64,000 bases of DNA. Source: Cyanobacteria bacterium P01_D01_bin.156 (GTDB taxonomy: Bacteria; Cyanobacteriota; Cyanobacteriia; Phormidesmidales; Phormidesmidaceae). The position numbers were made by a program, and so were the translations under genes. This document shows positions 10,598 through 19,683 of the stretch, in pieces; position 1 is the stretch's first letter; the number at the start of each line of letters is the position of its first letter. The notes beneath the pieces are model-generated. The model did no database searches and was not told where the DNA came from. It saw only the letters and a program-made list of their open reading frames with translations. The DNA lies in NCBI GenBank assembly GCA_039024555.1, contig JBCCQQ010000002.1, positions 160,001 through 224,000 on the forward strand, read 5' to 3'.

Positions 10598-10653
10598 ACT
10601 CTGAAGTCCCAGTCTTTAAAGGATTCGGGCCATTAGTAACTTAGGCCATACCT

Positions 10654-10720
10654 AGACTCCCGGCTTTTGAAAAAGGTTCAAGTTATTCAAAGTTTGAACA
10701 CACCTAAAAACCGGGAGTCT
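10654..10720. repeat. Long-loop inverted repeat between convergent ispD and psb30
   Basis: agactcccggctttt ... aaaaaccgggagtct. Confidence 0.6.
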
Positions 10721-10724
10721 GGAA

Positions 10725-10868
10725 TTAAAGATCGCCGCCCCGCGCCACCAGCAAAAACACAATAGCTGGACCTGAAATGACCACCATCGCCAACACCGTC
10801 AGCTGAGCAATCACCAAGAAATTAATATTGCTCAAAAAATCTAGACCCAAGATACCTAGAACAGCCAT
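10725..10868 (-). CDS. psb30: Photosystem II protein Psb30 (Ycf12), 47 aa; not in the ORF track
   Basis: Manual translation MAVLGILGLDFLSNINFLVIAQLTVLAMVVISGPAIVFLLVARGGDL; GGAGG RBS upstream. Confidence 0.93.
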   Translation of the reverse strand: MAVLGILGLDFLSNINFLVIAQLTVLAMVVISGPAIVFLLVARGGDL

Positions 10869-10945
10869 TGAACCTCCGATGACCAGATAACCGTAACTTC
10901 TGCGCCCAAGCGCACGGTTATTTTACCTGGTTCGCTCCCACCAAG

Positions 10946-10963
10946 TTTAAAGAAGTTTACAAA
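10946..10963. promoter_or_regulatory. Possible HLR1 (RpaB) direct repeat between psb30 and the YkgJ-family gene
   Basis: tttaaaga-ag-tttacaaa resembles (G/T)TTACA(A/T)(A/T)-N2-(G/T)TTACA(A/T)(A/T); the first half is imperfect. Confidence 0.3.
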
Positions 10964-11065
10964 ATTCCAAGATTTTTCTTCATATCAGTGTCCTTTTTCT
11001 CATTCCCACCAGCCCCCATAGACTCGTATCCTGAGAAAGGATTATCTAGACGAAGGACAGCCTCC

Positions 11066-11422
11066 ATGGCCACTTGGCAGTGCGTAAAAAACTGTGGTGC
11101 TTGCTGCAACCTGACCCCAGCAGACCGGCCTGAATTAGCCAGCTATCTTACTCCTGAGCAGTTGGCAACTTACATGGGAATGGTGGGGCCAGACGGTTGG
11201 TGCATCAACTACGATCATGACCAACGGCTATGCAGGGTCTATGACCAGCGCCCCAGCTTTTGTCGTGTGCAACCCGATACATTTGAGGAAATGTTTAACA
11301 TTCCGATGGAAGACCTCAATGACTTTGCCATCGACTGCTGCCATGAACAGATTAGCGGCGTCTATGGTCCTAAAAGCGAAGAGTTGGAGAGATTTAGAAA
11401 CGCAGTTGGCCTAGAAGAGTAA
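11066..11422 (+). CDS. YkgJ family cysteine-cluster (CxxxCxxCC) protein
   Basis: WQCVKNCGACC...WCINYD...LCRVYDQRPSFCR. Confidence 0.88.
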   Translation: MATWQCVKNCGACCNLTPADRPELASYLTPEQLATYMGMVGPDGWCINYDHDQRLCRVYDQRPSFCRVQPDTFEEMFNIPMEDLNDFAIDCCHEQISGVYGPKSEELERFRNAVGLEE

Positions 11423-11535
11423 GCTGCTTTTCATCAAAAGTTCGCCGTCCTAAGCAGTAGGCACTCCCCATTTCAAACTACCCTAGAGCTTGCTCTTGCC
11501 ATTCTTCTAGAAGATAATGAAAGAAATATGAAATT

Positions 11536-11898
11536 TTGCCTGTGACATCTCCTTCTCCCACGGGACCGACTACAGATGGCAATGTTGCATCCCAACCAGG
11601 GGTTCACTCGCCAAGCTCCACATTTTGGGGTGTCTTTTTGTCGACCTTTATCACTATTTTTTTAGCCGAGCTGGGAGATAAGACCCAAGTAGCTACACTG
11701 CTCATTAGTGCAGAATCCCACAAACCCATCATGGTCTTCGTTGGTGCAGCTCTGGCACTCATTTCGACAAGCTTAGTCGGGGTACTCCTGGGCCAATGGT
11801 TAGCCCGACGTATTTCTCCTGAAGCATTGGACACCCTTGCTGGCATTTTATTGCTGATTATTTCCGTCAGCCTAGTTGCTGACGTAATTGGTTCTTAG
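11536..11898 (+). CDS. TMEM165/GDT1 (UPF0016) family half-transporter
   Basis: FLAELGDKTQ motif and three TM segments. Confidence 0.9.
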   Translation: MPVTSPSPTGPTTDGNVASQPGVHSPSSTFWGVFLSTFITIFLAELGDKTQVATLLISAESHKPIMVFVGAALALISTSLVGVLLGQWLARRISPEALDTLAGILLLIISVSLVADVIGS

Positions 11899-11933
11899 GC
11901 CATCCAAATAGTTCTTAAGGAGATACCGTAACC

Positions 11934-12224
11934 ATGCCATTTGACTGGAACTTAATTGGAGTCAGCTTTATAACCGTCTTTCTTTCAGAATTGGGGGATA
12001 AGAGCCAGCTGGCGGCTATTGCCCTTAGTGGTAGCTCTACTTCCCCTAAGGCGGTCTTTATAGGCACGGCTAGCGCCCTAGTACTCGCAAGTTTCTTGGG
12101 AGTACTGGTGGGAGAAGGCACAGCACAACTTCTACCCACCCAAGTCGTTAAAGGAACAGCCGCTATTGGCTTCGCACTGATGGCAATCCGCTTACTTTGG
12201 CCTGATACAGCAGTGAATGATTAG
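11934..12224 (+). CDS. TMEM165/GDT1 (UPF0016) family half-transporter, second half
   Basis: FLSELGDKSQ motif; AAGGAG RBS. Confidence 0.9.
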   Translation: MPFDWNLIGVSFITVFLSELGDKSQLAAIALSGSSTSPKAVFIGTASALVLASFLGVLVGEGTAQLLPTQVVKGTAAIGFALMAIRLLWPDTAVND

Positions 12225-12294
12225 ATTGAGACCTTAGTGAACTGATGATTACATCATTAGGGCGCTTATCTAAAGCATCCTTCTCCAGCGCACG

Positions 12295-12849
12295 CTACTG
12301 AGTAAACTGGGCTGCAATATCGTTGTAACAAAGACGTAACAAACATCCGAGTAAAGAGAGTTTTGTCACTTCTACGGTCCAATACAAACCATGCATCCAG
12401 TCCATGGCATCGGGCACAGTTGTCACTGTGCCAGGCAATTCAAGCACAAGACCCATGGCACCCATGACAGGCGTGATCACGTAAGCATAGAGCAGCGCGA
12501 TCGCAACTAACCCAACTGCCAATAGGAGTGACCAACGGCTACGACTACCGCTAATTTCAACAGCATCGTCAGCATGCGCCTGACGCATTGCCAGCACTCC
12601 GGTCAACATAAGACCTGCCAACAGCATTTCCACATGATTGAATACCTCGAATAGGCTGTAGCCAGCACTGGCAAATCCAGGAGTCGTCATCATGCCTCCC
12701 ATGTAAAGCATGGGCATCACTAATAGATCGAGGAACAGGCTACCTCCAAGCCAAAAGATAGCGACAAAGAGCACAGCACTATCCCAAGCAAATTGACGAG
12801 GGGACAGCTTTGGAAATGACAAAGGAAAGGAGTTCATAGATAAACGCAA
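12295..12849 (-). CDS. Conserved cyanobacterial membrane protein (DUF4149-like); start uncertain
   Basis: Four TM segments; FWLGGSLFLD and MHGLYWTVEVTKL. Confidence 0.65.
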   Translation of the reverse strand: MRLSMNSFPLSFPKLSPRQFAWDSAVLFVAIFWLGGSLFLDLLVMPMLYMGGMMTTPGFASAGYSLFEVFNHVEMLLAGLMLTGVLAMRQAHADDAVEISGSRSRWSLLLAVGLVAIALLYAYVITPVMGAMGLVLELPGTVTTVPDAMDWMHGLYWTVEVTKLSLLGCLLRLCYNDIAAQFTQ

Positions 12850-12901
12850 AGCTTTGGTGGATTTATCCCAAACCTAACGGATATATGCCCCAACAAACGT
12901 G

Positions 12902-12935
12902 AAAAAACGTTGCAGCCTTTACATTGCAACGTTTT
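12902..12935 (-). terminator. Probable intrinsic terminator of mgdA
   Basis: aaaacgttgca-N10-tgcaacgtttt, ending in a U-tract on the minus strand. Confidence 0.5.
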
Positions 12936-13059
12936 CTTTAGATTCCAACTATCAAATATGACAAAAGCCAGGAAGCTTCGGTTATGGATAAATTCGGAGT
13001 TAGGACGTCAGATATCGGAAAATCAACCCAGGGTCCGAAGTTCAAGCTCTAAAGTCCCA

Positions 13060-14394
13060 CTAAGCACTGGCAGCTTCTTCTCCATGCATTGTCTTGACCC
13101 ATTTCAGCCGCTTAGGCCGCACCGCCATGCGAGTTGTCGCAAAGGCCATCACCAAAATCCAGTGGGTCATGTACAAAGTCCCTTGCACCGCTTTGACCAT
13201 CGCCAACAGTAGGGATACTTTCTGAGTGCGCTGAATTCCCATGGTCATCCCCCAGTAGGACATCGCCACTGCAAAGGTCGTCAGTGGAGCAAATACAGGA
13301 GGCTGACGGAGTGCGATCGCCAGAAGCAAATCGGGCAGGGCCACAATTGGCAACATGTATTGCAATATCCAATAGGCCAGCATATCAATCGATTTATTCC
13401 AACCCAACTGATTACGCAGCAACAGACGCCAATAATCTAGGTAACGCTGGTATCCCCCTTCAGCCCAACGATTCCGCTGATGCCAAAGCGCTAGACCACT
13501 GGTTACGCCCTCTTCCCCCACCGCTGGCATCGACAAAAATCCAATATTCCACTGATGCAAATGCAGCTGTACCGTTAGATCTAAGTCATCAGTAATCGTC
13601 ATTTCATTCCAACCACCGCATTGGGCGATGGCCGTCTGACGCACAAACTGCCCATTCCCCCGGAGCTCGCCGATACCACATCGTGCAGCCCGTTGTTCCT
13701 GGTAATAGCGATCTAACGCCATCTCAGCAGACTGCCCTCGAGTCCAAAAATTCGTGTCGCTATTCACAATATCCTTACGCACCTGGATCGCTCCAGTACG
13801 CTCGTTTGTAAACAGTGGCATCACACGGCGTAACAAATCGGCAGGCACTTGAGCATCGGCATCAAACACAGCCAAAATTTCTCCCGTAGTCCGTGGCCAT
13901 GCCAAATTCAGCGCTCCTGACTTACCTCCAGTAGCATCTGGACCCCGGTGAAGTACTTTCAAATTGGCATGCACTCGCGCTAGACCATCTAAAATCTTGC
14001 CTGTACCATCATCACTGTTATCGTTAATCACCCAAAGCTCATAGCGTTCCTCAGGGTAGTCCAGATGACATAGAGACGTAACTAAATTTGAAATGACCGC
14101 CGCCTCATTTTTGGCCGCCACTAACAATGAAACCCTTGGACACTCCTCTGCCGACAACACCGTTGGAATAGTCGCACTGTTGGGACTTAGTGCATACATC
14201 GCAGTGCCAGTGGCAATCCGCACCACATAAATCGCCACTAAAACAGTGACAGCCCACACCAGCAACTGCCCCCATGCTGCCCAATGCAGCATGGCCGTCA
14301 CAGACCACAGCAGCAGCAAAGTAGCCAACGCCTTCAGGCGACGTCCCTCCGAAAGATCGTCTAGGGAAACATCTGATATCATTTCAGTCGCCAT
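13060..14394 (-). CDS. mgdA: GT2 glycosyltransferase, probable monoglucosyldiacylglycerol synthase
   Basis: D,D,D,QxxRW motifs (NDNSDD, FDAD, TDDLD, QRNRWAEGGYQRYLDY) and GGKSGALN, typical of cyanobacterial MgdA. Confidence 0.8.
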   Translation of the reverse strand: MATEMISDVSLDDLSEGRRLKALATLLLLWSVTAMLHWAAWGQLLVWAVTVLVAIYVVRIATGTAMYALSPNSATIPTVLSAEECPRVSLLVAAKNEAAVISNLVTSLCHLDYPEERYELWVINDNSDDGTGKILDGLARVHANLKVLHRGPDATGGKSGALNLAWPRTTGEILAVFDADAQVPADLLRRVMPLFTNERTGAIQVRKDIVNSDTNFWTRGQSAEMALDRYYQEQRAARCGIGELRGNGQFVRQTAIAQCGGWNEMTITDDLDLTVQLHLHQWNIGFLSMPAVGEEGVTSGLALWHQRNRWAEGGYQRYLDYWRLLLRNQLGWNKSIDMLAYWILQYMLPIVALPDLLLAIALRQPPVFAPLTTFAVAMSYWGMTMGIQRTQKVSLLLAMVKAVQGTLYMTHWILVMAFATTRMAVRPKRLKWVKTMHGEEAASA

Positions 14395-14646
14395 AGGTAC
14401 GATGAGAAATAGGGTTACAGGTTATTAATATCTTATTGAAATCTGTTACATAGTATTGCTTTTCAACAGACCTTCGCAGTAATCCACCCCCCAACCATTG
14501 AAACAATCCACCAGCTAGACATTGAACGGGGACAAGTCTTCTGTGGGTAGACTGAATTTAGGTCTCGCAGATGAGCCACTGAAACCATAACCGCCTCTGC
14601 TAGCCCCACGTCCATACGTCAAGCTCAGACCCCACTGCTCAACACT

Positions 14647-15021
14647 ATGCCTATTGCAGACATTCAGCCCGCTCCCAAACAAGATGTCGGCGTTTATATG
14701 CCCTACTACCAAGGCAATAAACGAAAAGCGCTTCCCTACGCCATTGGACTCTACAAAAAAGGGAATCTGGAGGGAGAACGTCGCATCGAGGGAGGAGAAA
14801 GCATCGCCTTCTTAGCCACATGGAATGTATCCATGCTGCCCGCTGACCTCACTCGCTGTCGGATGCAGTTTGCTGGTGATGCTGAGCTAACCTACGAAAT
14901 CACCATGGCTACGTTTGAATTTGTTGATTTCTTAATCGATGTGGTTACCGCTATCCGGCTAAAGCGCTCACCCGATTTTTCCAAATCCTTTTACCGCAAA
15001 CTCTTGAGAATGGATGAATAG
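14647..15021 (+). CDS. ebsA: Type IV pilus/biofilm-suppression protein EbsA
   Basis: VYMPYYQG...LEGERRIEGG...DLTRCRMQF...FYRKLLR. Confidence 0.85.
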   Translation: MPIADIQPAPKQDVGVYMPYYQGNKRKALPYAIGLYKKGNLEGERRIEGGESIAFLATWNVSMLPADLTRCRMQFAGDAELTYEITMATFEFVDFLIDVVTAIRLKRSPDFSKSFYRKLLRMDE

Positions 15022-15159
15022 CAACTGCCATAGATTCAGTCAGTCAGCTATTTCAATTCATCACACAACACTTCGTCAAAAGTTAAGCTTTTCCCCAGTT
15101 GCGCATTACTCTCCATGGCACAATGAGGATTAGCCCTATTGGTAGTTAGGAGTGATAGT

Positions 15160-16245
15160 GTGCCACATCCATCCAAGCATCTGCTGATTGGCTCAACAGA
15201 GCCCTACAGCGGCAAGTCAGCCACCATAGTAGGACTGGCATTACAGCTTCAGGATCGCGGAATTGATGTCGCCTACGCTAAACCAGTTGGCACATGCCCT
15301 AGTGAGCAGGCAGGTCTAGATGAAGACGTCCATTTCATCTCAAAAATATTAGATTTATCTACGTCAAGATTACGCCCAACCTTACTGTCTCTAGATGCTC
15401 AGACCATCGAGCAACAGTTAAAGGAAGAAACATCTGCTTTCGAACCTCAGAAAATGGCCACCTATCTAAAGGGCCAAGGTGAAGACCTGCTGCTAATTGA
15501 AGGTCCAGGCACCTTGGAAGAAGGCACGTTATTTGGCCTATCGCTGCTACAGCTTGCGCAAGCCACTGAAGCTCAGGTAATGCTGGTGGCAAGATTTCAC
15601 TCAGTCCTGATTGTCGACGGCCTTCTAGCGGCTAAACAAAAGCTAGGAAATCGGTTAATGGGTGTGCTTATCAATGATGTGCCAGAAGATCAGCTGCAGG
15701 CGGTAGAGACCTATGTTAAAACCTGTCTCGAACGTCATGGTGTACCGGTTCTAGGAATTTTACCCAGCACCCCTCTAATGCGCAGTGTGAGCGTTGGGGA
15801 ATTGGTGCATCAGCTAAAAGCCGAGGTCATTTGTTGCGAAGAGCGAATGGACCTGATGGTACAGAGCCTAAGTATTGGTGCGATGAATGTTAACTCAGCC
15901 CTTAAGTACTTTCGTAAAGCAGACAACATGGCTGTGATTACAGGCGGTGACCGGGCTGACATTCAGCTGGCAGCCCTAGAAACATCCACCCAGTGTTTGG
16001 TACTTACCGGCCACATTGCTCCACGTGCTGATATCATCAATCGCGCTCAGGACTTAGAAGTGCCGATCTTATCCGTTGATTTAGACACCTTAACCACCGT
16101 TGAAATTATTGAACGGTCTTTTCAGCAGGTCCGTCTACAAGAGCCGATTAAGGTCCAGTGTATTCAACTCTTAATGGAGAATCACTTTGATGTTTCTCGC
16201 CTGATGGAAGAACTGCAGCTATCTTCCCCTGCGGTGACAGCTTAG
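15160..16245 (+). CDS. Phosphotransacetylase N-terminal-like (BioD-like/DRTGG) protein
   Basis: YSGKS, LLIEGPG, ITGGDRADIQLAALE; no Pta catalytic domain. Confidence 0.85.
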   Translation: MPHPSKHLLIGSTEPYSGKSATIVGLALQLQDRGIDVAYAKPVGTCPSEQAGLDEDVHFISKILDLSTSRLRPTLLSLDAQTIEQQLKEETSAFEPQKMATYLKGQGEDLLLIEGPGTLEEGTLFGLSLLQLAQATEAQVMLVARFHSVLIVDGLLAAKQKLGNRLMGVLINDVPEDQLQAVETYVKTCLERHGVPVLGILPSTPLMRSVSVGELVHQLKAEVICCEERMDLMVQSLSIGAMNVNSALKYFRKADNMAVITGGDRADIQLAALETSTQCLVLTGHIAPRADIINRAQDLEVPILSVDLDTLTTVEIIERSFQQVRLQEPIKVQCIQLLMENHFDVSRLMEELQLSSPAVTA

Positions 16246-16447
16246 AAGTTACGTACTAAATTATTTCAGACAAAACTAGTGCACTGTAGAGGTGCTAGTG
16301 AGGCCTTACCATGGCATATCTTCAGTGAGCTTTGCTATCGGATTTCGATTCTCAATTACATGTCTTGCCGATTCACGCAAAGTAGAAGCGTAGCGCCAAG
16401 GGTTTGGTAGAATTGGCCAGTCCCTTCATTAAAAATATGTAAAGCCC

Positions 16448-16963
16448 TTGAGTCAGTCCCTTGATACCCCTATTGAATCCCTTAAGGTAGATGATTTTTT
16501 GCAAGAGCTTGCTGCCATTCAGCAATCGGGCTTTAAACGCATTGCTATCTTGGGTTCCAGACATGTTCCAATTACCCATCTACGGCTAATTGAATTGATG
16601 AGCTATGCGCTAGTGCTTGGGGGGAATCGTCTGCTTACCTCTGGAGCAACAGGGACAAATTCTGCAGCGATTCGTGGGGCGATGAAAGCGGATCCGAATT
16701 TATTGACGGTCATTTTGCCCCAGAGTCTTGACCGTCAGCCAAAAGAATCCCGTGAGCAACTAGATTCAGTCATTCATTTGGTAGAAAATTCCGCCAACGA
16801 TCGCCTCAGTTTGGCGGAGGCTAGCGCTATCTGCAACCAAGAGATTATTTCACGCTGCCAACAGTTAATCTGTTTTGCATTCCACGACAGCCATACACTG
16901 CTGAAAACCTGTAAGGATGCAGAAGAGCAGCGCAAGATTGTAACTCTGTTTTACTTCGATTAG
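16448..16963 (+). CDS. DprA/Smf-like (SLOG) single-domain protein
   Basis: IAILGSRH, LTSGATGTN, FAFHDS. Confidence 0.75.
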   Translation: MSQSLDTPIESLKVDDFLQELAAIQQSGFKRIAILGSRHVPITHLRLIELMSYALVLGGNRLLTSGATGTNSAAIRGAMKADPNLLTVILPQSLDRQPKESREQLDSVIHLVENSANDRLSLAEASAICNQEIISRCQQLICFAFHDSHTLLKTCKDAEEQRKIVTLFYFD

Positions 16964-17091
16964 CAGAATTCGTTCAAGCTTCTGCTGAGGAGCAAAATGA
17001 TGTCAGCACAACAGAGTTGGCTCCTTTTTTGAGGGACACTTGAGTGTAATGTGGCGTCTGATTGATTGTTGTTAACTAGCCAGATTCAGCT

Positions 17092-17529
17092 GTGAGCTTA
17101 CTATCCGCCCCTAATATTTTTTTGTATAGCCTGCCAGTTGCAGCATTTTTGATTTACGTGCCCTACATGCTTGTGGCCGCAGAGCGTGTAAAACTAGCTC
17201 AGTCTATGGATGATGCGATGGAGGTCTTTTCTCGACCGCGCTTCTATACGGATAAACTACCGGACTATGCCAAGCGGGCGAATTGGGCACATCAAAACTC
17301 GATCGAGTCGTTTATCTTGTATGCTCCAGCGGCAGTCATTGCATATGTTACAGGCCAGGACAGTACCAATGCGCTATTGGCAGTAGTTGCATATCTTGTT
17401 GCTAGGTTGCTGTTTTCGGGGTTTTACATTTTGAATGTGGCACCGTTGCGATCGCTGATGTTTGGCATTGGCAGCCTCAGCATTTTTAGCCTGTACCTGA
17501 TGAGCTGCAAAAGCATTTGGTTACAATAG
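17092..17529 (+). CDS. MAPEG family membrane protein
   Basis: [13 protein letters not shown] motif and TM segments. Confidence 0.85.
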   Translation: MSLLSAPNIFLYSLPVAAFLIYVPYMLVAAERVKLAQSMDDAMEVFSRPRFYTDKLPDYAKRANWAHQNSIESFILYAPAAVIAYVTGQDSTNALLAVVAYLVARLLFSGFYILNVAPLRSLMFGIGSLSIFSLYLMSCKSIWLQ

Positions 17530-17557
17530 CGACCATCATTCATTCACGATTTTCACC

Positions 17558-18049
17558 ATGGCTTCCTCCTACTCCTTTGATGTTGTAAGTGACTTTGACC
17601 GTCAAGAGCTAGTCAATGCCCTAGACCAAGTGCGGCGCGAACTTAAAAGTCGCTATGACCTAAAAGACACTAAAACAACGCTGAACTTAGGAGAGACCAA
17701 CATCTCAATTGAAACAGCCAGTGAAATGACGCTGCAATCGGTCCATGACTTAATTCAAACCAAGGCGGCTAAACGCAACTTGTCGATGAAAATTTTTGAA
17801 TTCGGCAACATTGACGCGGCCAGTGGTAATCGAGTGCGGCAGGAAGTTGAACTAAAAAAAGGCCTGAGCCAAGAGATTGCCAAGAAGATCTCTAAAATGA
17901 TTCGCGACAACCTGAAAAAGGTGCAAGCCTCGATTCAAGGGGAAGCAGTACGGATTTCTGCAAAGTCAAAAGATGACTTGCAAGCGGCAATTCAACTAAT
18001 CAAAGAAGAAGATTGGCCCGTTGCACTGCAATTTCAGAACTATCGCTAA
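17558..18049 (+). CDS. yajQ: YajQ family nucleotide-binding protein
   Basis: [27 protein letters not shown]. Confidence 0.95.
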   Translation: MASSYSFDVVSDFDRQELVNALDQVRRELKSRYDLKDTKTTLNLGETNISIETASEMTLQSVHDLIQTKAAKRNLSMKIFEFGNIDAASGNRVRQEVELKKGLSQEIAKKISKMIRDNLKKVQASIQGEAVRISAKSKDDLQAAIQLIKEEDWPVALQFQNYR

Positions 18050-18150
18050 ACTTTAATTCGTAAAGGTCATAGCCAGTTTTCCATCCTAGGAATAACCTGA
18101 TTATCTAAAGCGGGCTTGAAAATACTGACAATAGTCTGAGAAATAGGCAT

Positions 18151-18906
18151 TTGACCTTTATGAGAAATGAATCAGATAGGCCATCTCAACAAATGCCAGC
18201 TACCGCTATTGCAGCTGAAATTTCCACGTCTCTTCAAATAGGAGGCTTGCAAGTACAAGCAGCTCTAGATAATTCCACTTTGTTAGTCAAACTGAAAGCT
18301 CCAGATGATCTTGAGCAAAGCTCAATATGCAATCAGTTAAGAAATCTACTGTTACAAACGAACTTCTCAGAAATTAACAGCTGTAAGGTAGCTTGCTTTG
18401 TTCCTCACAATTCTCAAGCGCTTTGGATCGAAGAATTCGAGCTTTATACTTCTGCTGAACAACTCGCAGATTTTGAACCTCTAGAAGCACCACCGATAAC
18501 TTCTAGCGATTCTAGTCAACCAATGCATCCGATCCCTAAACATATTGCTGAAGAAGGAAAGAAGCAATCTGCTGTAAAACCAAATCGATGGAAACTACCA
18601 GGTGTAAACTTCTCGGAGTTGCATAAGGTTGGTAGTCAAGTTACAGGACAAGCCGTCAAAGCAGCTCAGGAAACTGCATCTACTGCGACAGAGCAAGCAT
18701 TGCGAAGTTCCATTGATCAAACAATGAATGCTTTCCAGATTGCTGTTGAACAAATTTATGCAAGAAAAATTCCTGCAAAAATGACTGCTTTGACAGGCAC
18801 TATCAATGTTGGAGTAATTCAACTAAGTATTCGTGTTGATATTCCTATGGATGAAGAAACTGGGGAAATTACATTCGAAGTAAATGATAAAGATACGTCG
18901 AATTAG
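18151..18906 (+). CDS. Hypothetical protein, AT-rich
   Basis: 251-aa ORF with no recognised motif. Confidence 0.55.
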   Translation: MTFMRNESDRPSQQMPATAIAAEISTSLQIGGLQVQAALDNSTLLVKLKAPDDLEQSSICNQLRNLLLQTNFSEINSCKVACFVPHNSQALWIEEFELYTSAEQLADFEPLEAPPITSSDSSQPMHPIPKHIAEEGKKQSAVKPNRWKLPGVNFSELHKVGSQVTGQAVKAAQETASTATEQALRSSIDQTMNAFQIAVEQIYARKIPAKMTALTGTINVGVIQLSIRVDIPMDEETGEITFEVNDKDTSN

Positions 18907-18926
18907 ATTGAAGCTTGCTAGATTAA

Positions 18927-19415
18927 TCACCTCTCTAAATTTAATGTCATCCAAATCGCTGCCGATTGATAGCCTTGACCTTTATAAAGTTTCAAAGCTG
19001 GTAAGTTACTGGTAAAAACTTGCAAACTCAACTCCTCATAGCCTTGCATCAGTGCCCAGCTTTTAGCGTGATTCATTAGTTTGCGCCCTAATCCTTGTCG
19101 ACGATAGGCAGGGTCAACATAGACCAAATAAATATAAGCCTGGAGTGTGCCAGTCAATTGATTGATTGATTGTCCTAACCAAAGACAACCAATGTCATTC
19201 GCCTGGTCAGCAGTAAAACCCATACGCGAGCTATTTGCTTTTGCTAACCACCACAGCATTGATGGTCCTTCAAGGTAAAGTTCTACAGTTTTAGTCAAAT
19301 GCCCTAGCTGAGTCGCTCCCAATTCCCGGTAAGCACTGGCCATAGTCGCCAACAACCGTGACCGATCCAGGCTAGAGCCTTCCACCAACTGATATCCCTC
19401 AGGCCAATCAGACAC
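18927..19415 (-). CDS. GNAT family N-acetyltransferase; likely GTG start at 19415
   Basis: VYVDPAYRRQGLG motif A and NLPALKLY. Confidence 0.88.
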   Translation of the reverse strand: MSDWPEGYQLVEGSSLDRSRLLATMASAYRELGATQLGHLTKTVELYLEGPSMLWWLAKANSSRMGFTADQANDIGCLWLGQSINQLTGTLQAYIYLVYVDPAYRRQGLGRKLMNHAKSWALMQGYEELSLQVFTSNLPALKLYKGQGYQSAAIWMTLNLER

Positions 19416-19584
19416 CAAAGCTATTAAGCAACAACTTCCCCACCATCGCCAACTCCTCACCATCGATCGGAGCCGGAGCTAGCATATCGCTGGGTAGCCA
19501 AATACGAGCACTAACAGCCAGCATGGCAAATAGAAATACCAGCAAAATTAAAAAAGGAACAACGTAGGAACGAATGATGGACAT
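19408..19584 (-). CDS. Small single-TM protein, 58 aa; not in the ORF track
   Basis: Manual translation MSIIRSYVVPFLILLVFLFAMLAVSARIWLPSDMLAPAPIDGEELAMVGKLLLNSFGV; its stop overlaps the GNAT start. Confidence 0.75.
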   Translation of the reverse strand: MSIIRSYVVPFLILLVFLFAMLAVSARIWLPSDMLAPAPIDGEELAMVGKLLLNSFGV

Positions 19585-19683
19585 GACAAAAATCTAAAAC
19601 TAGCTAGGTGTTATGGAGTAAGGCTGGCTATTAAGTATCGTAACGTTTCTTAGTCAGCCATATACAGACAAATCAGCACTCAT

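Noticed and set aside
10654..10720. MITE
   Set aside because: Only one copy in the window and no target-site duplication; kept only as an inverted repeat
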